From positions 137 through 64,136 of IMG/VR virus record IMGVR_UViG_3300037483_000693: a DNA stretch of 64,000 nucleotides. One strand, written 5' to 3'. The position numbers were made by a program, and so were the translations under genes. How positions within the stretch are numbered: position 1 is the first letter of the stretch; each line of letters opens with the position of its first letter. Below are positions 50,546-58,730 of the stretch, piece after piece. The stretch is from a virus (Duplodnaviria > Caudoviricetes). A model generated the notes under the pieces. It was not told the origin of the DNA and did no database searches. It worked only from the letters and a program-made list of their open reading frames with translations.

Positions 50546-53058
50546 TACATCCACCTCACTCGCGGCCTGGCGCCGAGATCCCGCTCGGCGCACAGATACC
50601 GTGCGCAGTCGCATCCATGATCGTCCACCTTCAATGGCGTCTCCTTCGTCGCCTTCTCCTGCCCCGCCTGCGCGGCGCCCGGGTCCCACACGTAGCCGGG
50701 CAGCTCCTCCACCAGACATGTCGGCTTCTTCGCCTCCTCGAGCTCCGGGTCCCGCTCGACCAGCGAATCCCGCAGGATGTACAGGCGGGGCCTCCCGTCA
50801 CCGGCTGGCCGGAGCCGGGCCTGCATCGCCTGGATGCCGTCCTTGACCGTCTTGTGTGCCGCCTGCGTGGACATGCCCAGGTGCCGTTCCAGGGTCGCCC
50901 TGTCCTCGGCGTCGTGGTCGCAGATCACCGCGGTGGGGCGGGGCTCCAGCCAGACGCCGTCGCCGTCGCGCATCTGGGCGAGCATGGTCCGGGCGTGGTC
51001 CTCGACGAGCCGTCTTGTGTGGTAGATCTCCCGGTACATCCACAGCCGGCCTTCGCCGTCCTCGGCCCACCACTGTGCGCTGAAGGGGTTCGTGAAGCCA
51101 AAGTCCACCACGATCCACCTGGTCCAGTCGGCTGGGATTTCGAACCGGTCGACGAGGTGGATCGCAGGGTCGTACCCGTCGTAGATGATCCCTTCGGCGG
51201 CGACCCACTGGCCCCGTTCGAGCCGGGCCTTCCGGACCCCGGTCAGCCGGGACAGCTTCGCCAGATAGGCGGCGCCCGCGACCGTGGGCCGGCCGGTGGC
51301 CGGGTCGACGAGGGTCGGGTTGTCCGAGTGCCGGCAGTGGAGCATCCGGGTGTCGCCCCGGTCGCAGCGGACGTTCAGCCAGTGGGTGGGCTTGTCCGGG
51401 TTGGTGTCCGCGAGGAGCTGCTGGACCGGGGTACGCGCGTTCCGGAGCCGGGTCGTGAGGGCCTCCCAGTTGTCGGTGGTCAGCTCGATCGCTTCTTGGA
51501 CGAACACGCAGTTATGAGAAACTATCTCGTTGGCGTAGTACCAGGATTCAACCGTCTGGAGGTTGTAGACGTGCCCGCCCCGTCCCGCGTCAGCGACGCT
51601 GATCTTGACGATGCGATCCAGCGCTACCTCGCCCGCGAGGGTCGGCTGTCGATCATCGCTCTTTCGATCGGCGTCAGCGTGCCCCGGTTCAAGCGGGAGA
51701 TGACCGCCCGGGGCATTGCCTGGCGCACTCCCGCGGACACCCTTGCCGAGCGACAGGCGCGGATGCGGGTTGACCCCGAGTGGCAGCGCAATCTCGCCGA
51801 GGGTCGTCAGCGCACCGCCGAGATCTGGGGTCGTTCTGAGGCCAACCGTGAGCGGATGCGCCAGCTCGGGCGGGACGCTACTCGACGAAAGGCCGTCGGC
51901 CGCGTCAAGTCCCCCGATGAGTTGAGCGAACGTTCGATTACTCATCAACGCGGCCTGCTCAAGGTCTCGCCGTGTGCGATACAGGTCCGAGATTGGCTGG
52001 TCGAGCGAGGGGCGATCCCAGTCCTGGAACAGGCGTGTGGTCGTTACAACATCGACATAGCTGTGCCCCCCGTCGCCGTGGAAGTCCATCGGTACGGTTT
52101 CAACCCGCTCGGCGCGTCCCGAGCTGCGAGCCGAGAACGCAAGCGCACGCGCTACCTCGCGGATCGGGGCTGGCTGGTCTGCTATGTGTGGATCGGCCCG
52201 CGCGGACAATGGCTCTCGCCGGATGCGGCTAACTACGTGATCGCCCTCGCGCAGGCGGCCGAGCGCGACCCATCCCTGATCGGTGAGTACCGGGTGATTC
52301 GGGGTGCCTGTGAGCTCGTGGCCAGCGGCCGTGGTGATGGTGACGAGCTGACCTGAGTACGGCCGGGAGTAGCACCGCTCGATCGGCGACGGGCTCTCGA
52401 CCACGGTCCCGCCGACCACGCAGTCGTAATCGGAGGACATCACCCTGGTCGATTTGTCCATTCCGCCGAGGTTGATGGCGGACCCGTTGGTGTACCGGTA
52501 GGCGGCGGCCTCCTGCTGGGAGCCGCCGTAGAAGTGGACCAGCCCCGCTTCGAGGGCTTCGGGGATGACCTTCTCCCGCCAGGTGACCAGCGCGGTGGAC
52601 CCGAGGGAGGTGAGGGTCTTGCGGATGATCAGGCCGCGCATCCCAGGCCAGGCGAGGGCGAGGAGGCCCAGCAACTCGAGGGCCGCCCGGCTCTTGCCGG
52701 TGCCCGCGGGGCCTGAGAGGAGGACCTCGTCCTGGTCGGCGGTGAACACGTCGCGGGCCGCGCCGTGCGGGGCGTACAGGTGGACGCCGGGCCCGGCCGG
52801 ATGCTCGTCGGTGCTGGCCTGGTCGGGGTGGATGGGCAGGTGTAGTGAGGTCGGCAGGTGCACGCCGGGGATCAGGTGGGTGACGGTCTTGCCACCGGGA
52901 CCGGTCAGGACGATCCGGTCGCCGGCCGGGACGGTCGCGGTCCAGCCGGCCTTGCGCCACAGCCGGTGCCCGGAGTGGTCGAGGTCGTCCGCGGCGTTCC
53001 TGGCGGCCTGGGCGACCAGCCTGGCCACCCACCCACCTGGGGCCGCGGTCGTTGTCAC
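50545..53058 (-). CDS. terL: Terminase large subunit containing an intein (837 aa precursor, about 533 aa spliced)
   Basis: LLSGPAGTGKS (Walker A), IIRKT, spliced SSDYD|CVFVQEA (Walker B), DTNP, VDFGFTNP, DDHGCD. Confidence 0.92.
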   Translation of the reverse strand: MTTTAAPGGWVARLVAQAARNAADDLDHSGHRLWRKAGWTATVPAGDRIVLTGPGGKTVTHLIPGVHLPTSLHLPIHPDQASTDEHPAGPGVHLYAPHGAARDVFTADQDEVLLSGPAGTGKSRAALELLGLLALAWPGMRGLIIRKTLTSLGSTALVTWREKVIPEALEAGLVHFYGGSQQEAAAYRYTNGSAINLGGMDKSTRVMSSDYDCVVGGTVVESPSPIERCYSRPYSGQLVTITTAAGHELTGTPNHPVLTDQGWVALGRLREGDHVVSRIRREPLSARADPHIADQPAPIREVARALAFSARSSGRAERVETVPMDFHGDGGHSYVDVVTTTRLFQDWDRPSLDQPISDLYRTRRDLEQAALMSNRTFAQLIGGLDAADGLSSSSVPPELAHPLTVGLRTTPDLGGALTTLGEIALPLGVNPHPRLSLGKGVRGSAPGNAPGGHLPLEPGHADADRKSDDRQPTLAGEVALDRIVKISVADAGRGGHVYNLQTVESWYYANEIVSHNCVFVQEAIELTTDNWEALTTRLRNARTPVQQLLADTNPDKPTHWLNVRCDRGDTRMLHCRHSDNPTLVDPATGRPTVAGAAYLAKLSRLTGVRKARLERGQWVAAEGIIYDGYDPAIHLVDRFEIPADWTRWIVVDFGFTNPFSAQWWAEDGEGRLWMYREIYHTRRLVEDHARTMLAQMRDGDGVWLEPRPTAVICDHDAEDRATLERHLGMSTQAAHKTVKDGIQAMQARLRPAGDGRPRLYILRDSLVERDPELEEAKKPTCLVEELPGYVWDPGAAQAGQEKATKETPLKVDDHGCDCARYLCAERDLGARPRVRWM
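51511..52422 (-). mobile_element. Intein, 304 aa, without an in-frame endonuclease
   Basis: Block A CVVGGT, block B TGTPNHPV, block F HVYNLQT, block G IVSHN, +1 Cys. Confidence 0.92.
51571..52356 (+). CDS. Vsr/DUF559-like putative homing endonuclease encoded antisense within the intein (261 aa)
   Basis: GGAGG, 8 nt, GTG; N-terminal HTH-like segment, NUMOD3-like RSEANRERMR, then LEQACGRYNIDIAVPPVAVEVH...ERKRTRYLADRGWLVCYVW. Confidence 0.8.
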   Translation: MPAPSRVSDADLDDAIQRYLAREGRLSIIALSIGVSVPRFKREMTARGIAWRTPADTLAERQARMRVDPEWQRNLAEGRQRTAEIWGRSEANRERMRQLGRDATRRKAVGRVKSPDELSERSITHQRGLLKVSPCAIQVRDWLVERGAIPVLEQACGRYNIDIAVPPVAVEVHRYGFNPLGASRAASRERKRTRYLADRGWLVCYVWIGPRGQWLSPDAANYVIALAQAAERDPSLIGEYRVIRGACELVASGRGDGDELT

Positions 53059-53738
53059 AGTCGCGCTGCCGGGTCGATCTGCTCGGCGAGCGCACGCAAC
53101 TGGACGGGGATCATGGCCTGCGCCCGAGCGGTCTGCTCTGCGGTCAGGTCCAGGCCGTCGAGGACAGCGCGGAGGGTTTCCCCGACCATCGCGCCGACCT
53201 GCTCGGCGAGGGTAACGCGGCGCTCTTCGATGCCCATCCGGTGGGCGATCTCGCAGGCTTTCAGGAGCCGGTCCTGCGCTTTGCCGAGGAGTTCCACCCA
53301 CAGGTTCGGGTGGGCTTCTTCGGTGATGTCGGTGCCCGGGCTCTCGGTGGCCTGCTTGCTGACCTGCTTCGTGGTACCCCAGATCACGTCGTCCGCGGGT
53401 AGGTTGCGGACCTGGATCCGGTACCAGGCGACCTCCCCCGCCAGGTGGGCGATCTCGCCGAGGACGACCTCGGCCGGGTCGAGGCCGTCGATGGGCAGGC
53501 CGAGCGTGGTGGCGGCGGCCCGGGCGGCGAGCTCGGCGCGGGCCCGCTCGGCCGCGGTCTTGGAGCGGCGGGTGGCGCCGCCGTGGACCCGGCATGCCTT
53601 CCCGCCCGCCTCCGGGTAGGCGAGGCACGGGGCGGGCGGGCTGGTGCCTTTGCGGTGACCGCTGCAGGTCGGCACGCCGGGGGCGGTTTCCCGCTCGTGA
53701 CGGCTGCCGCAGCGGCGGCACTTCCGGACGGGACTCAT
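53055..53738 (-). CDS. terS: Terminase small subunit
   Basis: CxxC...CRVHGG N-terminus; GIEERRV; directly upstream of terL. Confidence 0.75.
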   Translation of the reverse strand: MSPVRKCRRCGSRHERETAPGVPTCSGHRKGTSPPAPCLAYPEAGGKACRVHGGATRRSKTAAERARAELAARAAATTLGLPIDGLDPAEVVLGEIAHLAGEVAWYRIQVRNLPADDVIWGTTKQVSKQATESPGTDITEEAHPNLWVELLGKAQDRLLKACEIAHRMGIEERRVTLAEQVGAMVGETLRAVLDGLDLTAEQTARAQAMIPVQLRALAEQIDPAARL

Positions 53739-53802
53739 GAGGGTCCAGCGTCCCGGGGGGACTCATGAGGTTCCGGGGATCCGGGGGGACTCATGAGGGT
53801 CC
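53730..53802. repeat. Three 17-bp repeats at a 28-bp period over the terS start
   Basis: GGGACTCATGAGG(G/T)TCC at 53730, 53758 and 53786; palindromic core CTCATGAG. Confidence 0.75.
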
Positions 53803-54040
53803 CGGGCTCGAGCAGCGCCGGCTCGACCCCGAGGGCCCGGGCCAGCGCGTAGAGGTCATCGACGTCCACCCGCCGCCTGCCTGTCTCGATCGTGCTCAGC
53901 GCCGACGCTGACATCGGGCACCCGACGGCGGTCATCCGGGCCGAGAGGTCAACGAGGCTCCACCCCCACCACCGGCGGTACCGGCGCACGCGCTCGCCGA
54001 CCCGCCTGCTGCGCGGGCCGGCCGCCGGAGGGGCCGTCAT
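53735..54040 (-). CDS. XRE HTH protein
   Basis: WSLVDLSARM...SASALSTIETGRRRVDVDDLYALARALGV. Confidence 0.8.
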   Translation of the reverse strand: MTAPPAAGPRSRRVGERVRRYRRWWGWSLVDLSARMTAVGCPMSASALSTIETGRRRVDVDDLYALARALGVEPALLEPGTLMSPPGSPEPHESPRDAGPS

Positions 54041-54162
54041 GCGGCGTCCGCCAGTGCTGCGGCCTCGACGTAACCGGCGTCAAGGTCCCCGTCGACAGCG
54101 GCGAGCAGCTGCTGCAGGCGGGCGGTGCGCTCGGCGTCGCGGCGGACGTACCCGGCGGTCAT
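54037..54162 (-). CDS. 41-aa hypothetical protein
   Basis: Coupled on both sides. Confidence 0.4.
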   Translation of the reverse strand: MTAGYVRRDAERTARLQQLLAAVDGDLDAGYVEAAALADAA

Positions 54163-54623
54163 CAGATCCCTCCGAGCCATGCGAAGTCGGGGTGGGTCCG
54201 GGCGCCGTCTGCTCTGCCCCACAGGTGCAACACCTGGGTGATGTTGACGTGGCCGCTCGGTGGGGCGAAGACCTGGAAGGCCCAGCCGGTGTCTCCCCAG
54301 ACGGCGTGCCGGAGCATGACGAGGTCGTCGTAGCCGGGTAGGTCGACGGGGTGCGGGCCGTGGATGTCGGTGGGGCCGTGGACGGCGATGGAGGCGTGGG
54401 TCCAGACGGTCCGGTCGGGGTCGTCGGGGTAGGTGGCTGCGGATAGGACGATCATGCGGAGGCCGTCGGAGCGGATGAGTTTCGCTGCGGCACCGTCTGG
54501 GCTGATCGTGGGTGGTCCCCATTGGTCGCGGCCGAGGCGGCGGCGGACAGCGAGGACGTCGATGGCCCCTTGGATGCCGAGACTGTCGAGGCGGACGGCC
54601 GGTAGGGCGGTCATCGGGCCCAC
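54162..54623 (-). CDS. Conserved actinophage protein
   Basis: WTHASIA, PGYDDL, AFQVFAPP..HVNI...LHLWGR. Confidence 0.7.
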   Translation of the reverse strand: MGPMTALPAVRLDSLGIQGAIDVLAVRRRLGRDQWGPPTISPDGAAAKLIRSDGLRMIVLSAATYPDDPDRTVWTHASIAVHGPTDIHGPHPVDLPGYDDLVMLRHAVWGDTGWAFQVFAPPSGHVNITQVLHLWGRADGARTHPDFAWLGGI

Positions 54624-54835
54624 CTCGGCGTGTGTCCCGCACGCTGGGTCCGGGTGGCGCGCGCCACATGGACGGATGTGACGCCGGCGATGAACGCGAC
54701 TGGCCAGCCGGGATGGTGGCGGTTCCGTGCCTGGCGGGCGCCGTCGAGGTCACCATCGGCGGCGTGCGGGTCGAGGGTGATGATCGTCAGGTCTCGGCGG
54801 CGGGCCCGCTGGCGGTCTGCTCGGACGGTCACCAC
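54611..54835 (-). CDS. Hypothetical protein
   Basis: AGGAAGGA SD before GTG. Confidence 0.4.
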   Translation of the reverse strand: MVTVRADRQRARRRDLTIITLDPHAADGDLDGARQARNRHHPGWPVAFIAGVTSVHVARATRTQRAGHTPRWAR

Positions 54836-55086
54836 GGCGGTCCTTCCTTGGGTCGGCTGATTCCGGATCGACGGGCCCGGCGGACCTCCCACCACGACGC
54901 CCAATGCCAGAAGTCGGGCACTCTCTGCATGCCGCCACGGCGGGTCAGGGGCGGTTGTCTGACGATCCAGTGGGCTCCGCAGGGGCAGCGCCAGACAGTC
55001 CCACGCGGAGCAGCCGGGATGTCGAGGGCCCTGACGGGCGGCTCGCAGCGGTGCCGGGGCCTGTGTGCTTGGCCGGTGATCGTCAC
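54829..55086 (-). CDS. Hypothetical protein
   Basis: HRC..GTVWRCPCGAHW. Confidence 0.5.
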   Translation of the reverse strand: MTITGQAHRPRHRCEPPVRALDIPAAPRGTVWRCPCGAHWIVRQPPLTRRGGMQRVPDFWHWASWWEVRRARRSGISRPKEGPPW

Positions 55087-55412
55087 TGGTTGCCTTCCTT
55101 GGGTTGGGTCCAGCTGGGGCGTTCGCTCGTGTGGCGTGGTCGGGCGCGGGCGTCGTCGGGGTGCCGGTCGGCCCAGATGGCCATCTGGTCGAGGAGGGCG
55201 GTGACGAGGTCCCAGGTTGGGGAGAGGCGGTGGGGTGGGTTGACGCCTGCGGTGCGTGCGGCGCGGCGGCGGGTGGGTTGGTCCCAGGTGGTGATGTCGG
55301 TGGGGGGGATGGCGTGGTGCCAGCACCAGTGGGCGAGTTGGCGGGCTTTCGCTGCCCGGTTGGTGTCCGCCTGGCTTGTCCGCGTGTAATCCACGTCACG
55401 TCCGTGTGGCAT
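55083..55412 (-). CDS. Hypothetical protein
   Basis: RAAKARQLA...AGVNPP..SPTW. Confidence 0.55.
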   Translation of the reverse strand: MPHGRDVDYTRTSQADTNRAAKARQLAHWCWHHAIPPTDITTWDQPTRRRAARTAGVNPPHRLSPTWDLVTALLDQMAIWADRHPDDARARPRHTSERPSWTQPKEGNQ

Positions 55413-55716
55413 TGGTCACCTCCCACCTCTCATAGGAGTGGCATCCGACACACATCCCGCACGGCCCGGCCCGCGGATGCCGCACCCTCAGATGCCCACA
55501 CACACACCTCGACGGCGGACGAGGCTCCAACTCCACCTCCGACACCGCCGCAGGCCCACACCCCCCCACAGCAAGCTCACCAGACCCAGCGCACACCGCC
55601 GCATAGACGTCCCGGGCACCGTGGATGACCATCGTCCCGTCCAGCCTCACCGCCATCTCCCGCCGACAGACCGGGCACGGCCTACGCGGATGCGGACCAC
55701 CGATCACGACCCGCAC
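55396..55716 (-). CDS. Cys/His-rich hypothetical protein
   Basis: CPVC...H...CAGS and CVCGH...H...C..C..C. Confidence 0.5.
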   Translation of the reverse strand: MRVVIGGPHPRRPCPVCRREMAVRLDGTMVIHGARDVYAAVCAGSGELAVGGCGPAAVSEVELEPRPPSRCVCGHLRVRHPRAGPCGMCVGCHSYERWEVTNATRT

Positions 55717-56069
55717 CCCCTCACTGCCTCCATCGTGACCTCGGACCGGACAGGTGGCGCCACGTCCGGCGGGGTGCGGGCCAGGACAGCCCGGGCCAAC
55801 GCCAGATCCAGGGCGAACGCCTCCTCGATCCGCTCAGGCGTGGCGTCGGGGTCGGTGACCGCGAGCTGCGCGTTGGACCGCATCAGCAGCCCCCGGACGG
55901 CGGCAGTGACCGCTGTCGACCCGTCCAGGAGCAGCGCAGGGTCGCCCGCCGGGTAGGTCAGGGCCCGGCCCAGGACGGTGACCGCGCCGGTCAGGGTCCG
56001 TGCCTGGTCGAGGTGGACGTAGGGCCGGCCGTTGCGGGGCCCTGCACGGTGACGGGCTAGCCGGGTCAT
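55704..56069 (-). CDS. Hypothetical protein
   Basis: ATG coupled to the upstream stop. Confidence 0.45.
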   Translation of the reverse strand: MTRLARHRAGPRNGRPYVHLDQARTLTGAVTVLGRALTYPAGDPALLLDGSTAVTAAVRGLLMRSNAQLAVTDPDATPERIEEAFALDLALARAVLARTPPDVAPPVRSEVTMEAVRGCGS

Positions 56070-56665
56070 CGGGTGCCGCCCATCACCGCGTCGTAGATGG
56101 CCATCGCCCACAGGCAGTCACCGAGCGCGGTGTGCCGCTCGAACCGGTCCGGGTTGACTCCGACCGCCCGGGACAGGTCCTCGGAGTCCCAAGGCGGCGC
56201 GCATAGCTGGGCGAGCGCGGCGGGCTGAGGGTCGCCGCCGGTACCCCAGGGGGTGAACTTGACGCGGCCGCGCAGGTAGCCGACGGCGAGGTTCTCGACG
56301 TCGATCAGGTGGTGATGCCAGCAGGGGGTCCGGCCACGGCCGTGGAGGATCCGGGCGAGGCGCTCGGTATCGAAGTTGGGGACGGCGCCGACGATGGTTG
56401 GCCGGTCGATGGTCAGCTCGCAGACGAGGTCCGTGAGGTCGTCCAGGGTGACCGCGAAGTCGGGGTAGTACCGGCTGTCGTGGTCAGCGCGGAACGACTC
56501 AGGCAGTCGGGCGGCCTTGGCCAGGTTGTGCTGGACGAGCACCCGGTGCGCGGCCTGCTGCCCGTCCACCTCGCGGCGGATGGCGGCGAACTCCCAGATC
56601 TCGTCGTCCGGGTCGAGGCCTGTGGTCTCCGTGTCGAGGAACACGATCGGTGCGGTGGGGGTCAC
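56066..56665 (-). CDS. DEDDh 3'-5' exonuclease (DnaQ-like)
   Basis: FLDTETTGLD, PNFD, HTALGD. Confidence 0.88.
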   Translation of the reverse strand: MTPTAPIVFLDTETTGLDPDDEIWEFAAIRREVDGQQAAHRVLVQHNLAKAARLPESFRADHDSRYYPDFAVTLDDLTDLVCELTIDRPTIVGAVPNFDTERLARILHGRGRTPCWHHHLIDVENLAVGYLRGRVKFTPWGTGGDPQPAALAQLCAPPWDSEDLSRAVGVNPDRFERHTALGDCLWAMAIYDAVMGGTR

Positions 56666-57771
56666 TGCTGGGTCTCCGTCTCGTCTACATGGCTGGAAGT
56701 TCTCCGCCGGCCGCCGGTCACCGGCCGTGGCCCATCCGGGTCGGGCACCAACCGGCGGTACAGGGCACAGTCGTTTCGGCGGGCAGCGGTCACCACCGAC
56801 TCGGGGGCCACCCCGAGCCGGACCGCCACCCAGTCGAGGGACTCCCGCAAGTCCAGGAGGTGCCGGACCTCCGCCAGGTCGACCGGCGGGGCGGCGGCGG
56901 TCAGGGTCCGGACCCCGGTCGGGACGGCTTGCGGGTCGTCGATGTCGTCCCACGCTGCCGGCGGCGCCCAGCCTTGCGCCGCTGCCCGGTCCCGGGACAG
57001 ACGCGACGGCCCCGGCTGACCCTGCAGCTCCTCGTAGACGTCCCGGATCGCGCGGGCCCGGCCGGCGGAGACCTGGCCCTGGCGGCGGCACAGGAACGAG
57101 ATGTGGCTCTTGCTCATCCCGATCCGGGCCCCGATCTGGTCGGCGGGCCAGCCGATCGCGTGCAGGGCGTGCAAGCGGCGGACGGTGCCGACCGCCAAGA
57201 TGAACGCTTGGTCTGGTGCGGCGTCGATGGGGCGGCGGACAGTGAGCAGCGCCGCCGCGGTGGAGGTGCGGACCCGCTGGCGTGCCCCGCTGTGCGCGGC
57301 CCAGGCGAGGGGCGCGACCGTCGCCGGGTGGACACCAGATGCGGCAGCGATCGCGGTCACGGACATTCCCGCGGCGCGGAGCCGCGCGACGTGCTCCTCG
57401 ACCGGGCGGGCAGGGACGAACGGGTGCCACTGGCCCCGCCGGATCGCGAGTTGCCGGGCGGCCGCCCGGCGCGCGCCGGGCGTCTTCCCACTTGAAAGCG
57501 GATACCCCCCGCGGGTACCGTACGGCGCAGGAGGTGCCAAATGCCCCGCCCCGACGACCTGGTCCGCGACCGCGACGGCGACCTCACCCCCAACACCGGC
57601 GACCACGACCACCGGTGCGACGGCACCGGATGGGCCGGGGAAGACGCCCACGGCAGGCCTCGCCCCTGCCGGGCATGCCGCCCCGACACCGCAGCCCGCC
57701 TCGACCGGCAACGCCGCACCGGCGTCCCCGCACCCCGCGGATGGCGACCCACCTAACCCGCAGCCCGTCAC
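56662..57771 (-). CDS. Multi-HTH DNA-binding protein; 5' part overlaps an antisense gene
   Basis: HVARLRAAGMSVTAIAAASGV, GTVRRLHALHAIGW, GWAPPAAWDDIDDP; the only coupled start (GTG 57771) lies beyond the antisense gene, so the start is uncertain. Confidence 0.65.
   Translation of the reverse strand: MTGCGLGGSPSAGCGDAGAALPVEAGCGVGAACPAGARPAVGVFPGPSGAVAPVVVVAGVGGEVAVAVADQVVGAGHLAPPAPYGTRGGYPLSSGKTPGARRAAARQLAIRRGQWHPFVPARPVEEHVARLRAAGMSVTAIAAASGVHPATVAPLAWAAHSGARQRVRTSTAAALLTVRRPIDAAPDQAFILAVGTVRRLHALHAIGWPADQIGARIGMSKSHISFLCRRQGQVSAGRARAIRDVYEELQGQPGPSRLSRDRAAAQGWAPPAAWDDIDDPQAVPTGVRTLTAAAPPVDLAEVRHLLDLRESLDWVAVRLGVAPESVVTAARRNDCALYRRLVPDPDGPRPVTGGRRRTSSHVDETETQQ
57492..57534 (+). promoter_or_regulatory. 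Sigma-A-like promoter and SD of the antisense gene
   Basis: TTGAAA-N18-TACCGT; GGAGG at 57530-57534. Confidence 0.55.
57541..57756 (+). CDS. 71-aa Cys/His protein on the opposite strand to the operon
   Basis: GGAGG-6 nt-ATG; HRCDGTGWAGED..GRPRPCRACRP. Confidence 0.6.
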   Translation: MPRPDDLVRDRDGDLTPNTGDHDHRCDGTGWAGEDAHGRPRPCRACRPDTAARLDRQRRTGVPAPRGWRPT

Positions 57772-58001
57772 CGGTAGCACCCCCGGGACAGGTCACCGTG
57801 CACCACGGCAGGCCGCAGATGCCCCAAATGCCAGCAGCCGCCAGCGGCAGGACACCGGTACGGGGAGATCGTCGAGTCCCCCGGATACGCGGCCCGCGCC
57901 GCCCGCCGCGCATGCCTCCGCGACGCATACGCCCGCTTCCCGCACCTGCAAGTGTGCAGCGGCTGCACGTACACCCGGTCCGGGCCGGGATGCCCGCTCA
58001 C
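57768..58001 (-). CDS. Small Zn-binding protein
   Basis: CRCGKRAYASRRHA...YRCP..GCWHLGH. Confidence 0.6.
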   Translation of the reverse strand: MSGHPGPDRVYVQPLHTCRCGKRAYASRRHARRAARAAYPGDSTISPYRCPAAGGCWHLGHLRPAVVHGDLSRGCYR

Positions 58002-58243
58002 GCCCACACCCCGGACGGTGCATGACCCGCGGTGCCGGCGTGCTGGCACAGCATCCGGGCCGCGGTCGTCTCGTCAGCGCCGAACGGGGCCTGTATCCGG
58101 GCCAGGCACGGGTAGGCGCACACTGCGACCAGCCGGCCAGCGACCTGCGTCACCATGCCCAGCCGGCTCGCCCCGTCGTGCACGTCCTGCCATTGCACTG
58201 CCGGCACGGTTCCCGCCGACCGGACCGCCGACACCACCACCAC
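57998..58243 (-). CDS. Hypothetical protein
   Basis: AGGAAGGG SD; stop overlaps the next start. Confidence 0.4.
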   Translation of the reverse strand: MVVVSAVRSAGTVPAVQWQDVHDGASRLGMVTQVAGRLVAVCAYPCLARIQAPFGADETTAARMLCQHAGTAGHAPSGVWA

Positions 58244-58272
58244 AGCCGTCCCTTCCTGCCCTGTCCCGGGCC

Positions 58273-58533
58273 TCACGGTCCCTGCCTCCTGGTCTTGTGC
58301 CCGTTCGCGCCGACGCTCCGCGGCCACCCCGCCAGAGCCCGCCGACGCTCCATCACCAACCGCGGCGGCTCCGGCGGCAGCCGCGCCAACATCCCCGCAG
58401 CAACCGCCCGGACCCCCGCCGGGCCACGCGCCGCGACCGACGTCATGACCCCGACCTGCCGGACAGTCACCTCCTGGGCGCGGCGGGCCTCAGCAGCCTC
58501 CCGCCGCACCGCATACGGGGCAGGCCCCATCAC
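58273..58533 (-). CDS. Hypothetical protein
   Basis: Coupled ORF. Confidence 0.4.
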   Translation of the reverse strand: MMGPAPYAVRREAAEARRAQEVTVRQVGVMTSVAARGPAGVRAVAAGMLARLPPEPPRLVMERRRALAGWPRSVGANGHKTRRQGP

Positions 58534-58730
58534 GCGCCTCCCGTCAGCCAGTGCCGCAGCGCGGCACCGAGCAGCGCCCGGTCAAGGACCACGGCCGGGA
58601 CCAGCACCTGTGGGTCACCGGCACGCCGGACCAGCTCCTGGCGGCCGGCGTACACCTCGGCGTGGACGTCTGCCGAGAGCCGCCCGTTGGCCGGCCGGGG
58701 CGGGCCCACGACCGACTGGCGGGGGATCAT
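58530..58730 (-). CDS. Hypothetical protein
   Basis: Coupled ORF. Confidence 0.4.
   Translation of the reverse strand: MIPRQSVVGPPRPANGRLSADVHAEVYAGRQELVRRAGDPQVLVPAVVLDRALLGAALRHWLTGGA

Noticed and set aside
50617-51570. 5' two-thirds of the long + ORF 50617-52356
   Set aside because: In-register shadow of the TerL C-terminal extein with no protein-like features. Only the part from the SD-preceded GTG at 51571 is accepted.
53730-53802. CRISPR array (also considered for 777-889)
   Set aside because: Only 2-3 units, spacers too short or similar, intragenic, and no cas genes.
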